From: an uncultured virus (IMG/VR IMGVR_UViG_3300033141_004351)
Taxonomy: Duplodnaviria; Heunggongvirae; Uroviricota; Caudoviricetes
Strand: one strand, 5' to 3'
Length of the DNA: 64,000 nt
IMG/VR virus record: IMGVR_UViG_3300033141_004351
Positions within the stretch are counted from its first letter, which is position 1. The number at the start of each line of letters is the position of its first letter. Shown here one piece after another: positions 1 through 10,705 of this stretch. A model generated the notes under the pieces. That model made no database searches and was not told where the DNA came from. It saw nothing but the letters and a program-made list of their open reading frames with translations. Made by a program: the position numbers and the translations under genes.

Positions 1-1
1 T

Positions 2-499
2 GGAGGTTCTGCGGCTGGAGATATTACCACCATAGATGGTACCCAGACGCTTACCAATAAGACTTTGACTACACCCACGATTGGTGATTTGACCAATATG
101 AACCACGATCATTCCAATGTAGTAAATGGTGGAACGCTTAACTATTCTGTGACTATTCCGGTCTATGGTGCCGCAGAAGCTGTTGTTGCTGGAGAAAAAG
201 GAATTATTGTTATCCCGGCACAGTATAATGGCCTGGATTTAATCGGTGTGATCTGTGGAGTTTGGGATAAAGGTGTAACGGGAGCAACCAGTATCGGAGT
301 CCATCGTAGTAGGGCCGGATCGGAAGCAGCCATGCTTTCTACGGAAGTCACTATTGGTGACGAGTGGTATGCACAAGACGGAGTTATTGATACAGCAAAC
401 GATGATGTTGCAACCGGCGACATAATAAATATCAACATTAGCGCTATTCACAGCGGCACAGCACCGAATGGATTAACCGTAACCTTGGAGTTTGGCTAA
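2..499 (+). CDS. Tail fibre/virion structural protein, 5'-truncated
   Basis: Frame is open from base 2 (GGSAAGDITTIDGTQTLTNKTLTTP...), so the listed start at 65 is internal; QTLTNKTL motif is typical of phage fibre proteins. Confidence 0.7.
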   Translation, partial: GGSAAGDITTIDGTQTLTNKTLTTPTIGDLTNMNHDHSNVVNGGTLNYSVTIPVYGAAEAVVAGEKGIIVIPAQYNGLDLIGVICGVWDKGVTGATSIGVHRSRAGSEAAMLSTEVTIGDEWYAQDGVIDTANDDVATGDIININISAIHSGTAPNGLTVTLEFG

Positions 500-1023
500 T
501 GGCCTATATAACAGAAATATATGAATGGGAAGGTGACGACACCCAGCCCTTCGGAACCTTCAACTGGAAGACAAAGCTGTATAACCTTGAAGATCGGATG
601 CGCTTTGGCTTTGGTCGAATCTATTTTGACGAAGGCGACTTTGACGCTTATCTCGCAGCTTTGGATGCTTACAACCTTTTGATTAACCAGAATCTGGGGT
701 ATTTATCCGGTGGCTATGTGATATATGTAAATGCACCGCACCAGGGCTGGCCAGTTGGTGGGTTGCCGTTGGCCGGATCTGTGATTCGGGACACTGGAGC
801 AATGCCAACTTATACGGGGATGAAGGAATTGTTACTCAAAATTTATGCTGACGGAACATTAATATCAACTACACAAATATTTACCCAGCTTCCTTTCAGG
901 CTGGACGCCCAGCTTAGAGCTAATCGATGGGAATTTGAGCTGGAGGGTAATGTGGAAAATGTTAAACGTATAGAATTTGCACCATCAGTAGTAGAGCTTA
1001 TGCAATCACAGCAAGGGGGGTAG
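499..1023 (+). CDS. Putative tail/head-stabilisation protein (resembles the C-terminal part of podoviral tail proteins)
   Basis: 174 aa; TAATG coupling; WKTK...PFRL...WEFELEG...SVVEL pattern; lies just before the ejection genes. Confidence 0.5.
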   Translation: MAYITEIYEWEGDDTQPFGTFNWKTKLYNLEDRMRFGFGRIYFDEGDFDAYLAALDAYNLLINQNLGYLSGGYVIYVNAPHQGWPVGGLPLAGSVIRDTGAMPTYTGMKELLLKIYADGTLISTTQIFTQLPFRLDAQLRANRWEFELEGNVENVKRIEFAPSVVELMQSQQGG

Positions 1024-1029
1024 TTAATA

Positions 1030-2073
1030 ATGTATACAAACACTATGGCATCAAGGGGGGCTTATTCCGGGACAGGTGGAATCGGAGGTAATTATGGGCC
1101 TACTATGGGGACTTCCCGGTTTTTCCAAGTACAAAGACAAATGATGGGTCAAGACAGATCGCATGAGATTAATATGCGCGAAATGCAATATATGGCGGCA
1201 CAGCAAGCCCTGGGATTAGGCCAGGGTGGTGGGGCAAATGCCGGTATGAATCAATGGTTAGACCAATGGAACCAAACGCTTCAGGAGTCTAAGGGTGTTT
1301 ATAATCAAGCTTTGCAGTCTTTTGAGGGAACCTACGAATGGATGACAAGTGCTGGAGAATCTGCAAGCCGTTTGGGTAATTTGGCTGAACAGATGGAAGG
1401 TGAGTATACACGATTTCGTGAAGACTTTGCCGGTCTTGACGAAAACTTCCGACTGGCAGCTCAAGAAGAACTGGAAGCCAGGGGTGTGGCCAGGGAGCAG
1501 TTGATGCAAGCGACCCAGGCTGATTATGAAGGTGTGTCTGGTCGGGCTATGGCGGATGTTAGCTCCCAGGGTAATCTGGCCAGGCAGGCGGATGCCAGAC
1601 GATTGCAGAGACTGGGTATGGATCCAACCACCACGCAGGGTCGGGCGTCTATGGACCGTATATCCGGGCAGGAAGCTACCGGAAAAGCAATGGCGTCCAC
1701 TCAGGCAAGGCGTGGTGAAAAAGAGCGAGCGACTGGAGCAACAGCTATGGCTATGCAGCTGTTAGATCCAACAAGAATGATGCAATCGGCTATGGGCATT
1801 AGGAGTGCTGGTGCCAGCATGTTGGGGCAATCTGCACAAATGAGAGGTCAGCACGCTTCTACGTTGGCAGGTCTTGCTGGTCAGCAGACACAAATTGCTC
1901 AGGGGCAGGCAAATATTGCCGGTGGTATGGCTACGAACATTGCCGGTCAATATGGTGACATGGGTGGCTTGCAGATGGGCTTACAGTATGGCGCACAGCA
2001 AAATGCTATGAACTTTATGGGGAGCATGCCTTCTTATGGGCAACCGGCAAGTTCTCCCTTCAGTTTAACATAA
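1030..2073 (+). CDS. Putative internal virion/DNA ejection protein
   Basis: 347 aa, Q/G/A/M-rich and helical; podovirus-type position before larger ejection proteins. Confidence 0.6.
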   Translation: MYTNTMASRGAYSGTGGIGGNYGPTMGTSRFFQVQRQMMGQDRSHEINMREMQYMAAQQALGLGQGGGANAGMNQWLDQWNQTLQESKGVYNQALQSFEGTYEWMTSAGESASRLGNLAEQMEGEYTRFREDFAGLDENFRLAAQEELEARGVAREQLMQATQADYEGVSGRAMADVSSQGNLARQADARRLQRLGMDPTTTQGRASMDRISGQEATGKAMASTQARRGEKERATGATAMAMQLLDPTRMMQSAMGIRSAGASMLGQSAQMRGQHASTLAGLAGQQTQIAQGQANIAGGMATNIAGQYGDMGGLQMGLQYGAQQNAMNFMGSMPSYGQPASSPFSLT

Positions 2074-2111
2074 TTACTGATGGTAATGTATGAAATAACG
2101 GAGGTATAATC

Positions 2112-3938
2112 ATGTCAATATCAAGTGCTTTTTTAGCGGGGCAGCGAGTAGCAACTCAAGCGCAAAATCAAAAGCTGGGTGTATTAAATGCCCTTATCCA
2201 GCGACCAATGAGAAGGGCGCCTGGTTCACGGGTAGGCATACCGGGTGGCAACCGTTCTGCAATAGAAAGCTTTGCAGATGAAGATAAGCGCAAAGCAACT
2301 GAAGAAAGAGCTGAAGGCAAAGAAAGAAGGCTGGAAGAAACCCACGCCAAGGCTATGGAGGTTGCTGAGTTAGAAACCGATATTTTAAATCAGGCTAAAA
2401 CTGAAAAAGAAAATGCTGTGGCTTACAAAACCCAGGATCGAATTATAGCGGAAGTTGAAGGCATAAGATCTGACAGGATCCGTAAAGGTGTAGATGAAGA
2501 TGCACTGGCTTATCAGGAACAGATGCGTCACTATAAGGCTTATTCAGATGCGATCTATCGTGGAGATGCTACGGCTGCCGACAAACATTTCAGGGGGATC
2601 TATCCGGGCATGGGTGCAAATAGCAAGACGAGTGTTACCAGGCAAAACCAACCACTGAAAGATGCCCAGGGTAATCCTGTATTAGACGAGCAGGGCAATC
2701 CGGTCTTGGGAGAAATGAAGCAACAGTATGATGCCCAGGGCAATCCGGTTACTGAAGAACAGCAGCAGGCCAGACAAATGGGCTACCCTAAACATCGAAC
2801 CGATGGTGGTGTAGTGTCTATGCAATTTGGGGACAACACTCCTGTGCCGATAGGGTCAAACCGATTGCGACAAATCCATACGTCTATCCATCAGAGTATG
2901 ATGCAACCAGTTGGCGGTGGAGGCTCTGCCGGACTTGCAACCGGAGAAAAAATATCAGCTAAAGACCAGTCTGTGATTATGAAAAACAATATTACAGCAG
3001 GTAAATCTGCTATGGAAGCTGCCTTGCAATATGCCGAAGGGATCCCAGTAGAACTTGCAAAAGGCGAAGAACGTGATTTGATAAACCCAAAGCCAAAAAC
3101 TGCTGAACAACACCAGAAAGATTTTCTTAAGGGTATGAAGATTTTTCAAGAAATGGTCGGTGGCAGCAAGTCGAACAAACTTGCAAACCGGTATGGACTA
3201 ACAGGTAAAAATTTCTTAACTCCACAGGCAGCCAAGGTCGCTGCCAGCAGAGTCAGGGAAATGTTTGATGGCCAAGCGGGTAAGAGACCCGACCTCCGGA
3301 TGATAATGCAGAGTGGTTTAAAGGAGTATGGCCCTGCTTTTGCCTACCATATGGCCAAAGAATTTAAGGCAGAACTGACACCTGGCGAATTGGACTTCGA
3401 GGCTGATAGTCCCAAAAAGGCACCGAATTTTGGTAGGGGTGAAGAAAATGTTATCAGCATTTTTGATGAAGATATTGGAAAAGACGGGTTTGGCTTTGCT
3501 ATCGATAAAGATCTAAAGCGACCTATGCGTTGGGATAAAAATAAAAAAACGTGGACCGCAATGGAGCCGTCAACACTGAAAGCCTATTATAATATGCTTC
3601 AAATAAAGGCTAAAGATGGTGACAGCAAGGCTCAGGAAGTTATACAGTTGTTGGAAGCAGAGCGTATGACACCGTATAGTTCTTCGGACCTTCTTAAACC
3701 AATTGGTGATGCAGATTTAAAACCAAGATCTGCTATCTCCGACGCTATGAGGTTAGAGGATAAACCTGCAAACCAAATGACTCCAGAAGAAATAAGTAAA
3801 GCAATGAGTAACAGAACTTCACCCGCTTCAAGATTTTTAGAGGAACAAAGAAATCTACCCCAGGAAGAAAAGGAAATGGTGATGAATCGAAAAAGGGAAC
3901 GAGATGAAGGAGCGTTCCTAAGAGAAAGACCTTACTGA
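2112..3938 (+). CDS. Putative internal virion/ejection protein
   Basis: 608 aa, GGAGG RBS, charged helical composition, three DxQGNPV repeats. Confidence 0.55.
   Translation: MSISSAFLAGQRVATQAQNQKLGVLNALIQRPMRRAPGSRVGIPGGNRSAIESFADEDKRKATEERAEGKERRLEETHAKAMEVAELETDILNQAKTEKENAVAYKTQDRIIAEVEGIRSDRIRKGVDEDALAYQEQMRHYKAYSDAIYRGDATAADKHFRGIYPGMGANSKTSVTRQNQPLKDAQGNPVLDEQGNPVLGEMKQQYDAQGNPVTEEQQQARQMGYPKHRTDGGVVSMQFGDNTPVPIGSNRLRQIHTSIHQSMMQPVGGGGSAGLATGEKISAKDQSVIMKNNITAGKSAMEAALQYAEGIPVELAKGEERDLINPKPKTAEQHQKDFLKGMKIFQEMVGGSKSNKLANRYGLTGKNFLTPQAAKVAASRVREMFDGQAGKRPDLRMIMQSGLKEYGPAFAYHMAKEFKAELTPGELDFEADSPKKAPNFGRGEENVISIFDEDIGKDGFGFAIDKDLKRPMRWDKNKKTWTAMEPSTLKAYYNMLQIKAKDGDSKAQEVIQLLEAERMTPYSSSDLLKPIGDADLKPRSAISDAMRLEDKPANQMTPEEISKAMSNRTSPASRFLEEQRNLPQEEKEMVMNRKRERDEGAFLRERPY
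2661..2750 (+). repeat. Three intragenic DxQGNPV peptide repeats
   Basis: gatgcccagggtaatcct / gacgagcagggcaatccg / gatgcccagggcaatccg. Confidence 0.8.
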
Positions 3939-3951
3939 ACGGGACAATAAT

Positions 3952-6900
3952 ATGGGAATTAACGACGATATTTTAGCTTATGCCGGTAGTGGTCTTTACG
4001 AAGATGATGACGACCCGATGTTTTCGCGTTTGTTGTCCGGAGAGACACCGCGGCCAATAGAGGAATTTTACAAGGGTATTGATTCTTACGATGAAGACAG
4101 GCCCGAAAAACATCCTCCTGTTGAGTTAAACCCCTGGGAGATTATGACTACCAGTAAGGAATGGGGTTCTGAACATACACAACGGCTGGGAGAAATCCTG
4201 GGTGCCCATACCAAAGATGTTGGTCGCAACATGGCCATTGGTGCATTATCAACTTCTGAATGGCTCAACCGGATGAAACAAAAGTATGTTCCTTATTATA
4301 CCGAAAGCACAGCGGTTAAAGCTCTGGCAGATACAATTACCAAATTTGGTCCCGGCATTATGGCCATGGATGAAAACCACGAGATGGCTTTGTCTATGCT
4401 GGCTGAGTCTGAATATCTTAAGGCAGATCCCAGAGGGCTGGAAACCCATAACTGGTTTGAGGGGTTGGTATCGGTAGGGCCCCAGATTGGATCTATGATA
4501 CTGGCTTCAGCAGTTGGTGGACCATGGGCTGGTTTTGGAATGATCGGTATGCAGATCCTGGGTGGCACTTATGACGGTTTGATTCAGGAAGGCACACCGC
4601 CGGAAGATGCTTATTATTGGTCACTTGGCAATGCTGTTGTCCAGGGCGCTTTAGAGATGGTGCCGTTTTTACATGCCATGAATAAGTTTAAGCTCCGGAT
4701 GCCGATGCTTGAAGGTCTTAAATCTCTTGGCCAGGTTGTTGGTACAGAGTTCCTGACTGAATGGGCACAAGCCTATCCTGATTCCTTTATTAATATCTTT
4801 GCTACTAATCCAGACAAAGACCTGTGGAAACGGGCGGAACTATTTAAAGATAGCTTATGGGAAACCACCAAGCAGGGCATGTATGAAGGCACACTAACAG
4901 CTCCATGGTCGTTGCTTTTTGCTCCCTTTGGTGCAGTTGCTGCCAGGAAGCAGAGGAAAACAGATAGGGCTACGAAGAAAGAGGAAGACGAAAGATATCA
5001 CCGACTTCGAATGGAAGAAGATAAGCTTGGCAAAGGTCCGGCTATGGAGGCAGCAGACGAAGGTGACTTTGTACCTTTTTCTGATAACGATATTATTTCC
5101 AGACGTGTGCCAAACAGAAAGGCGTCTTCAGTGACTCAAGCCCATCTGGATATGATGACCCCGGAACAACAGCAGGTTTTTTTGAAGTCCAATTTCCGAG
5201 AACGGTTTGCTGAGATAAATGCTGCTATGCCGGATAATCCTGTTGAAATTGAAAACCGGCAAGAGCGAGCGCTGGAAGCTGCTGATGAATTTGCAAAAAC
5301 GCTTCGCATAGTCGGCAACGACGTTTTTACACGCCAGCCCAACTTAGACGACATCCAAAAAGAGCGCATACTCCAGGATCTGGGATTGGTCCAAACGCAA
5401 GATCAATACGAAGGAGCAATGGAACAGATCGGTATCATTAGGGGCAACGGTATCCCTGACCGTCCTGCTTTCAGTGGTATAGAGCCAATTGGTTTAACCC
5501 GTGAAGAATATGACCGGCGGGCTAATTTGCTGGGAACCTTGTCTGATTTTTACTTTGTTGATCGCAGCCAGATTCCACCGGATTTGCGGGCTGCCTATAG
5601 CATGATGGCCGAACAACTTGGATCTGCCGAACCGAAGGGTGTAACCTTTATAGATGAAGCTGGAAATCTAAATCTTGCAGAAGGTATGGCGCACGGATAT
5701 GGATCCAGTTATCCTGGATGGTTTAAAGAACCGTTTACTATCAGGTATCGGGATTCACGAATTAAAAAAGATAAAAGCGGCAAGACGGTTATGGAACCGG
5801 ACAAGAAGATTCCCGTGCGCGAGATGCAGGAAAAGAAAGAGGAGTTTAAATACGGCCTTAACCGAAAAGATTTTTTCGACCTGACCGATAAGCTGGACAC
5901 CGGCAAACTATTAACCGCACGTCAGTTAGCTATATCTGACCATATCATGGGAATTGCCCAGGCTATGAAAGCGTCGGATCCCGAGTTGTTTCTGGGTGGC
6001 GAGATTGCCCAACTGGAATCAGATGGATATGAGATCCTTGGGACTGCTGTCCAGGCTGATTCTTTGGAGCTGGGTGATCAGGCAGCGATTGAGGGTGATG
6101 GATACAGCTGGGATAAATATACTGTGGTATCGGAAGACGATGGAGCCGGCAACATGGTTTTAGATTCGTTAACCGACCGGATCCAGATTCCACCTTCAGA
6201 CGAACTTAATGTTGTGGGTGTTAAACGTAACAACTACTGGCAGACTATGTATGATATTGGTGGCCCGCAAGGGATTACAGACGCACCCAGGACGCTGCCA
6301 GGTATTGAAGATATTGAGCCGTTGCATCAATTAACGAATGTTTATTCCAATGCCCAAATGGAAGAAGATTTTGCCAATAAGCTTCCTGAGCTGGCGGAGT
6401 TTTTCGAAAATCCGGATGCGATTCGAGAAGGGGATGATCGTCGTCAAACGGAAGTGCCGGTTGAAGAAGACAATCGTAGCGGTCTTGAGCGTCGTGAAAA
6501 CTGGCAAATGACAGCCGACATTGACAAGATGACTCCGGCTGAAAGAACTGAGGCTCTGGAATTTACCAGAAAGTTTGCCACCGTAGACGTTCTTACCGGA
6601 TTATTAAACAGAAACGCTCTGGAGTTGCATAAAGAAGAATTTGGTGCGGACGTTCCTTTTGTATCTATCGATGTGGATGGGCTTAAATATTATAACGACA
6701 TGACCAAGGAAGGTATGCTGCCGACCGGCGAAAGGGTTGTCGGTGGACATGCCATGGGTGATCAGGCATTGGCTCTGATGGGCCAGGCTATGACTGAAGC
6801 AGCTGAAACCACTGGAATTACCGATAGGGTTAAGCTGTACCGTATGGGTGGTGACGAATACGGAGTCAGCGGAATTGACAGGGATTCTGTCAGCAGGGAC

Positions 6901-7968
6901 GAACTTGAAACTTTACGTCTTGCTGTTAAAGATTCAGCATCTCAAATAATTTTTGATTTCTTAGGAAAAGACGACAACATACATTATCAACTTAATGGAC
7001 TGGCTTTTACGTCAGCCACGGGAGGTACAGTATCTAATGCGATATCAGCTGCCGAAAAAATCAAAGATGGACTCCCAGCGGAATACGCAACCATCGTTGA
7101 GGAAGGTAAAGAGAAACCCACCAGAGCAAGGATCCCTGGGACAAGAGTTGAAGTCAATTATCTCCCAGTCGGGTGGAGTCAAAAAGGCGAGGGCCTTCTG
7201 GCTTCCCAAGCCAGAGAGAATGAACAAGTGGGCAGGAGTCTTGGCCAAGCCAAACCTGTCTCAATAGATGAACAGGTTGTTGATGTCGGGTTGACTGGAG
7301 TCAACCCTCAGTGGACACCTGAAGACACTGTTGAAGACGCTGTTGTTTGGACTATGGCTCAGGTTCATCGTTTGTCTAAAAGCCCGGCCCTACCTGATAC
7401 AAATGCCTGGAATTTCATTTTGGAAGAATTAGCCTATGAGGCTGAAGATATCGGGATGTCACCCAGTACGTTGGCCTTTGCCGTAAGTTCTGGTGCGCTC
7501 CAGCAAGCTCAAGAGTACCTGCCCAATGAGCAGTTGGGGGTGGTGCCAGCGACCGAGGCTGGAGTTGCACCAGTACCTTTGGCTGTTGAAGCTGAAATAA
7601 TCCCTGCGGTAGCCTCGAAAAGAGGAGAAGCTGTCAAACCTGTAAAGCTCAAGGTTGTGCCAACCCCCAAAAAGGCTCCTGTGCGCCCTCAGTTGCCAGC
7701 ACCACCGCCCAAACTTGTAACCCCTGATGTGGTTCTGGCTGAGACCCTTCCGTCGCCAGAGGAGGCCCCTACGGTTAAATCGCGCAAAGCTAAATTTGTT
7801 CGTGAGAATATGGAATTTATGCCCATGGACGAAACGGCTACGGTGCGATATATGGATCCTGAGACTGGAGAGATGACCGAAACAGAGGAGCCAGCGCGGG
7901 AAGCTTTCTCTGATATGGAAGAAAATGTCAACGAATTTTATTCGTTAATGGAGTGCCTGAAAACATGA
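3952..7968 (+). CDS. Large polyvalent ejection-type protein with a GGDEF diguanylate cyclase domain
   Basis: 1338 aa; hydrophobic Gly/Ala-rich N-terminal region; DVLTGLLNR (from 6586), IDVDGLKYYND, GHAMGDQAL and YRMGGDEY (GGDEY at 6847-6861). Confidence 0.85.
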   Translation: MGINDDILAYAGSGLYEDDDDPMFSRLLSGETPRPIEEFYKGIDSYDEDRPEKHPPVELNPWEIMTTSKEWGSEHTQRLGEILGAHTKDVGRNMAIGALSTSEWLNRMKQKYVPYYTESTAVKALADTITKFGPGIMAMDENHEMALSMLAESEYLKADPRGLETHNWFEGLVSVGPQIGSMILASAVGGPWAGFGMIGMQILGGTYDGLIQEGTPPEDAYYWSLGNAVVQGALEMVPFLHAMNKFKLRMPMLEGLKSLGQVVGTEFLTEWAQAYPDSFINIFATNPDKDLWKRAELFKDSLWETTKQGMYEGTLTAPWSLLFAPFGAVAARKQRKTDRATKKEEDERYHRLRMEEDKLGKGPAMEAADEGDFVPFSDNDIISRRVPNRKASSVTQAHLDMMTPEQQQVFLKSNFRERFAEINAAMPDNPVEIENRQERALEAADEFAKTLRIVGNDVFTRQPNLDDIQKERILQDLGLVQTQDQYEGAMEQIGIIRGNGIPDRPAFSGIEPIGLTREEYDRRANLLGTLSDFYFVDRSQIPPDLRAAYSMMAEQLGSAEPKGVTFIDEAGNLNLAEGMAHGYGSSYPGWFKEPFTIRYRDSRIKKDKSGKTVMEPDKKIPVREMQEKKEEFKYGLNRKDFFDLTDKLDTGKLLTARQLAISDHIMGIAQAMKASDPELFLGGEIAQLESDGYEILGTAVQADSLELGDQAAIEGDGYSWDKYTVVSEDDGAGNMVLDSLTDRIQIPPSDELNVVGVKRNNYWQTMYDIGGPQGITDAPRTLPGIEDIEPLHQLTNVYSNAQMEEDFANKLPELAEFFENPDAIREGDDRRQTEVPVEEDNRSGLERRENWQMTADIDKMTPAERTEALEFTRKFATVDVLTGLLNRNALELHKEEFGADVPFVSIDVDGLKYYNDMTKEGMLPTGERVVGGHAMGDQALALMGQAMTEAAETTGITDRVKLYRMGGDEYGVSGIDRDSVSRDELETLRLAVKDSASQIIFDFLGKDDNIHYQLNGLAFTSATGGTVSNAISAAEKIKDGLPAEYATIVEEGKEKPTRARIPGTRVEVNYLPVGWSQKGEGLLASQARENEQVGRSLGQAKPVSIDEQVVDVGLTGVNPQWTPEDTVEDAVVWTMAQVHRLSKSPALPDTNAWNFILEELAYEAEDIGMSPSTLAFAVSSGALQQAQEYLPNEQLGVVPATEAGVAPVPLAVEAEIIPAVASKRGEAVKPVKLKVVPTPKKAPVRPQLPAPPPKLVTPDVVLAETLPSPEEAPTVKSRKAKFVRENMEFMPMDETATVRYMDPETGEMTETEEPAREAFSDMEENVNEFYSLMECLKT

Positions 7969-8300
7969 AACTCTTTTTAAAAGATAATGGGAAAGAATCT
8001 GGTGCGGTTCAACCCAAAGCTGCCAAGAAAACAAAAAAGGCTATAGATCCATTAATTATAACAGTACAGAACGCGGTCAGCCAGCTATCTGAGGCAAACG
8101 AACAAACCGGAAAGCTGGTAGATAGTGTTATTTTGCATTTGTCCCGCAGCACTCCAATGCCGGTTGTTACAATGGAGGCACCGGTGATTACCATACCACC
8201 TTATCCAGAAGTGGAGCCACCTATGGAATGGGAGGTTACTGTCACCAGCAGGGACGCAAAAGATTTGATTAAAAATGCAACCCTAAAGAGGATTAAATAA
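7965..8300 (+). CDS. Hypothetical virion-associated protein
   Basis: ATGA overlap with the upstream stop; PVVTMEAPVITIP and WEVTVTSRD motifs. Confidence 0.6.
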   Translation: MKLFLKDNGKESGAVQPKAAKKTKKAIDPLIITVQNAVSQLSEANEQTGKLVDSVILHLSRSTPMPVVTMEAPVITIPPYPEVEPPMEWEVTVTSRDAKDLIKNATLKRIK

Positions 8301-8755
8301 TGCAAGGAACGATTGCCCATTGGACACCGGCAGCTTTGGCGGCTGGAGCTTTTGTTTTAGCCGTAGCTGTAACTATAAAATATAAGATTCCTGCGCTGGC
8401 AAAAAGGATGTCGAAAGTAGAAAAGCAATCTCACAAACAAGAGGTTACAGCCGTAGATATAGCCAGCACCGTTAAAAAGCATGAAATATACAGTAGGGAT
8501 GGTACTGCCCGCTATCAACATGTGGATGATTGTAGAAGGTTTCAGGCTACTTATTGCAAAAAGATTGATGAAATGAAAATAGAAGTCGGAAATATAAATA
8601 CCCAACTAAAAGGAATGGATAAAGCCAGGATAAGGGCCGAAAAGGATTTGGTTGCAACAATGACACGGGTTGAGGGTATGATACAAAAGGACAGGACACA
8701 AGAATTGCAAACGCTGGCAGAAATGATCGTGAAAAAAACAAATAAAAATAAATAA
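8300..8755 (+). CDS. Membrane-anchored coiled-coil protein
   Basis: N-terminal hydrophobic helix (ALAAGAFVLAVAVTI) followed by coiled coil; TAATG coupling. Confidence 0.65.
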   Translation: MQGTIAHWTPAALAAGAFVLAVAVTIKYKIPALAKRMSKVEKQSHKQEVTAVDIASTVKKHEIYSRDGTARYQHVDDCRRFQATYCKKIDEMKIEVGNINTQLKGMDKARIRAEKDLVATMTRVEGMIQKDRTQELQTLAEMIVKKTNKNK

Positions 8756-8773
8756 TTACAAGGGAGATTTATC

Positions 8774-10705
8774 ATGGCAATCGCTGACGATTTTACAGTA
8801 GCAGTTAATGGAGATATTAGACACTCAGCTAATGCAAACCATTATACTGTTTTAGAACTACATCGGTTTTTACAAGACCTTGCAGATGACGAAAATCCGG
8901 CAACTGCGGATGATTATGTGGATATTACAAGTGACACGCCCTCAGAAAAATCGTTTGATACTATCATTGAACTGATTAATAATTATAATATCGACGATGA
9001 TGCTGCTGAGTATTTTTATGGAGGTTCTGTTAAACAGGATGGTGGGGATACTCTTTATTCTGGTTTAATTATTTGGGGCGCGGTTAATAACTCCACTACT
9101 CAAATTCAAGTGATTCAGGACGGAATCCTGTATGATGGATCGTCTCCTTTCTGGGGGGATCAATCTGGTGGTGGATATAATGGGAGTGCTGTAGATGGTA
9201 TCCTTATGCGTATTCTTGTTAAATCCAGGGTGGCCGGAGCCGATATTAATCAAAAGAAGTGTGTTGTTCAAGCTCGTTCTTGGGGGGACTCCTACGATTT
9301 CTTTAATGTTACCTTGAGTCAGGGCGAAGCAACCGGGGCTTTAGGTACGACTCCTGACGCTCAGAATAATATTGCTATCGGGACTGTTCAGGCATGGGCG
9401 GGCGGTGACATACCTACCAATGCTGAAGGTTGGCAAACAATAGATATTAATAATGGTGACGGAGCGCAGCCATATTATTCTAAGTGGACATACAATACGA
9501 ACACTCTTGGAATGAAAGCTCTTTGGAATTGGATTAAGGAAATCTGTGGTAACGATTCTCCGGCGGCAAGTGTCCATGGAATTGATGGCGAACTCTTTTT
9601 AGGCATTACCCATAGTTACGGATATGATGCTGGATCTGGTGCGTTTACGGAAGATGAAATACTTGTATGGGGAACTGATATCACATATGATGGTTTAAAC
9701 GGAGCTTTTGCCGCTGATGACTATGTTGTCTTTAGACGAGCAGGGGTTATTATAAACGGTGGCAAAATCGGTTATGATAACGGTTCTACACAAATGAAAG
9801 TAGCCCTTGAAGATATAACCACCGCATTGGCTGATGACGATGTGATCCAAAAAGCTTCCGACCCATCTGGTGTCTATGCAGACATTGCTACCACTATTGT
9901 TAAGGATGATATTGGTGGAGGCCAGGGAATACTTTTAGGCGAGGATGCCGCAAGTGATAATCAATATATACAGGTTATACAGGGTGTTGCACCCGTTGAT
10001 AACTTAGAACTAAGAGGAAGAACATCAGGTCAGACTTGCGATGTAGCAGGGTCAGTTACGGCTCGCACAGTACCAAAAACTTTCCTTGGTTCTTATACGG
10101 GTTCGTTGATTGGGGCTTATGGAATTGGTATCGATGCTGATGATTTAGCTTCAACAGACCGAGTATTTGACTTAACGAATACTGAGCGCACACCTCCTAA
10201 TAATGTAACTTTTACTCTTTCTGGTCTTGTTTCTGGTGAAGATAGAATTTTAATATGCAAGAAAGATACCGGAGATGCTTTTGATTGGGATGAAATGACC
10301 CTTGCTGTTGCTTTGACAACGGCATCTGAAACTACTGTTGATGTTGGGGCAGGGAATATTCCAGCAGATGCTCCCGCAACAGGGACTCTTAGAATTACAT
10401 TAGATAACGGTGTAATTAAGTATGTACCCTATACATCTCATGATAGTGATGATGAATTTACAATAGGCTCAACAAGTTTTCTTTCTCCTGCGGATGCTTC
10501 CATTGCTAATGGAGTAGTTCTTGCTTTTATAGATAAGGTGGCCGGTTCCGATACGGAAGATTTCACATTACAATTTGACGCTATTCGGTCACTTAGAATC
10601 CGAGTAAGGGATGGCGGTGCAACTCCTATTAAAACATATGAATCAAACGGTACCCTTAATACAACTGGAGGAAGTGCTGTTGCTTCAAGAATCTCAGACG
10701 CATAA
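8774..10705 (+). CDS. Putative structural protein, acidic and beta-rich (643 aa)
   Basis: GGGAG RBS; D/G/T-rich composition; N-terminus MAIADDF...YTVLELHRFLQDLADD. Confidence 0.7.
   Translation: MAIADDFTVAVNGDIRHSANANHYTVLELHRFLQDLADDENPATADDYVDITSDTPSEKSFDTIIELINNYNIDDDAAEYFYGGSVKQDGGDTLYSGLIIWGAVNNSTTQIQVIQDGILYDGSSPFWGDQSGGGYNGSAVDGILMRILVKSRVAGADINQKKCVVQARSWGDSYDFFNVTLSQGEATGALGTTPDAQNNIAIGTVQAWAGGDIPTNAEGWQTIDINNGDGAQPYYSKWTYNTNTLGMKALWNWIKEICGNDSPAASVHGIDGELFLGITHSYGYDAGSGAFTEDEILVWGTDITYDGLNGAFAADDYVVFRRAGVIINGGKIGYDNGSTQMKVALEDITTALADDDVIQKASDPSGVYADIATTIVKDDIGGGQGILLGEDAASDNQYIQVIQGVAPVDNLELRGRTSGQTCDVAGSVTARTVPKTFLGSYTGSLIGAYGIGIDADDLASTDRVFDLTNTERTPPNNVTFTLSGLVSGEDRILICKKDTGDAFDWDEMTLAVALTTASETTVDVGAGNIPADAPATGTLRITLDNGVIKYVPYTSHDSDDEFTIGSTSFLSPADASIANGVVLAFIDKVAGSDTEDFTLQFDAIRSLRIRVRDGGATPIKTYESNGTLNTTGGSAVASRISDA

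Noticed and set aside
6995..7267. Second nested gene after the GGDEF motif
   Set aside because: GGAGG is 11 nt from the ATG, the main frame here is the conserved end of the GGDEF fold, and the alternate product does not look like a folded protein
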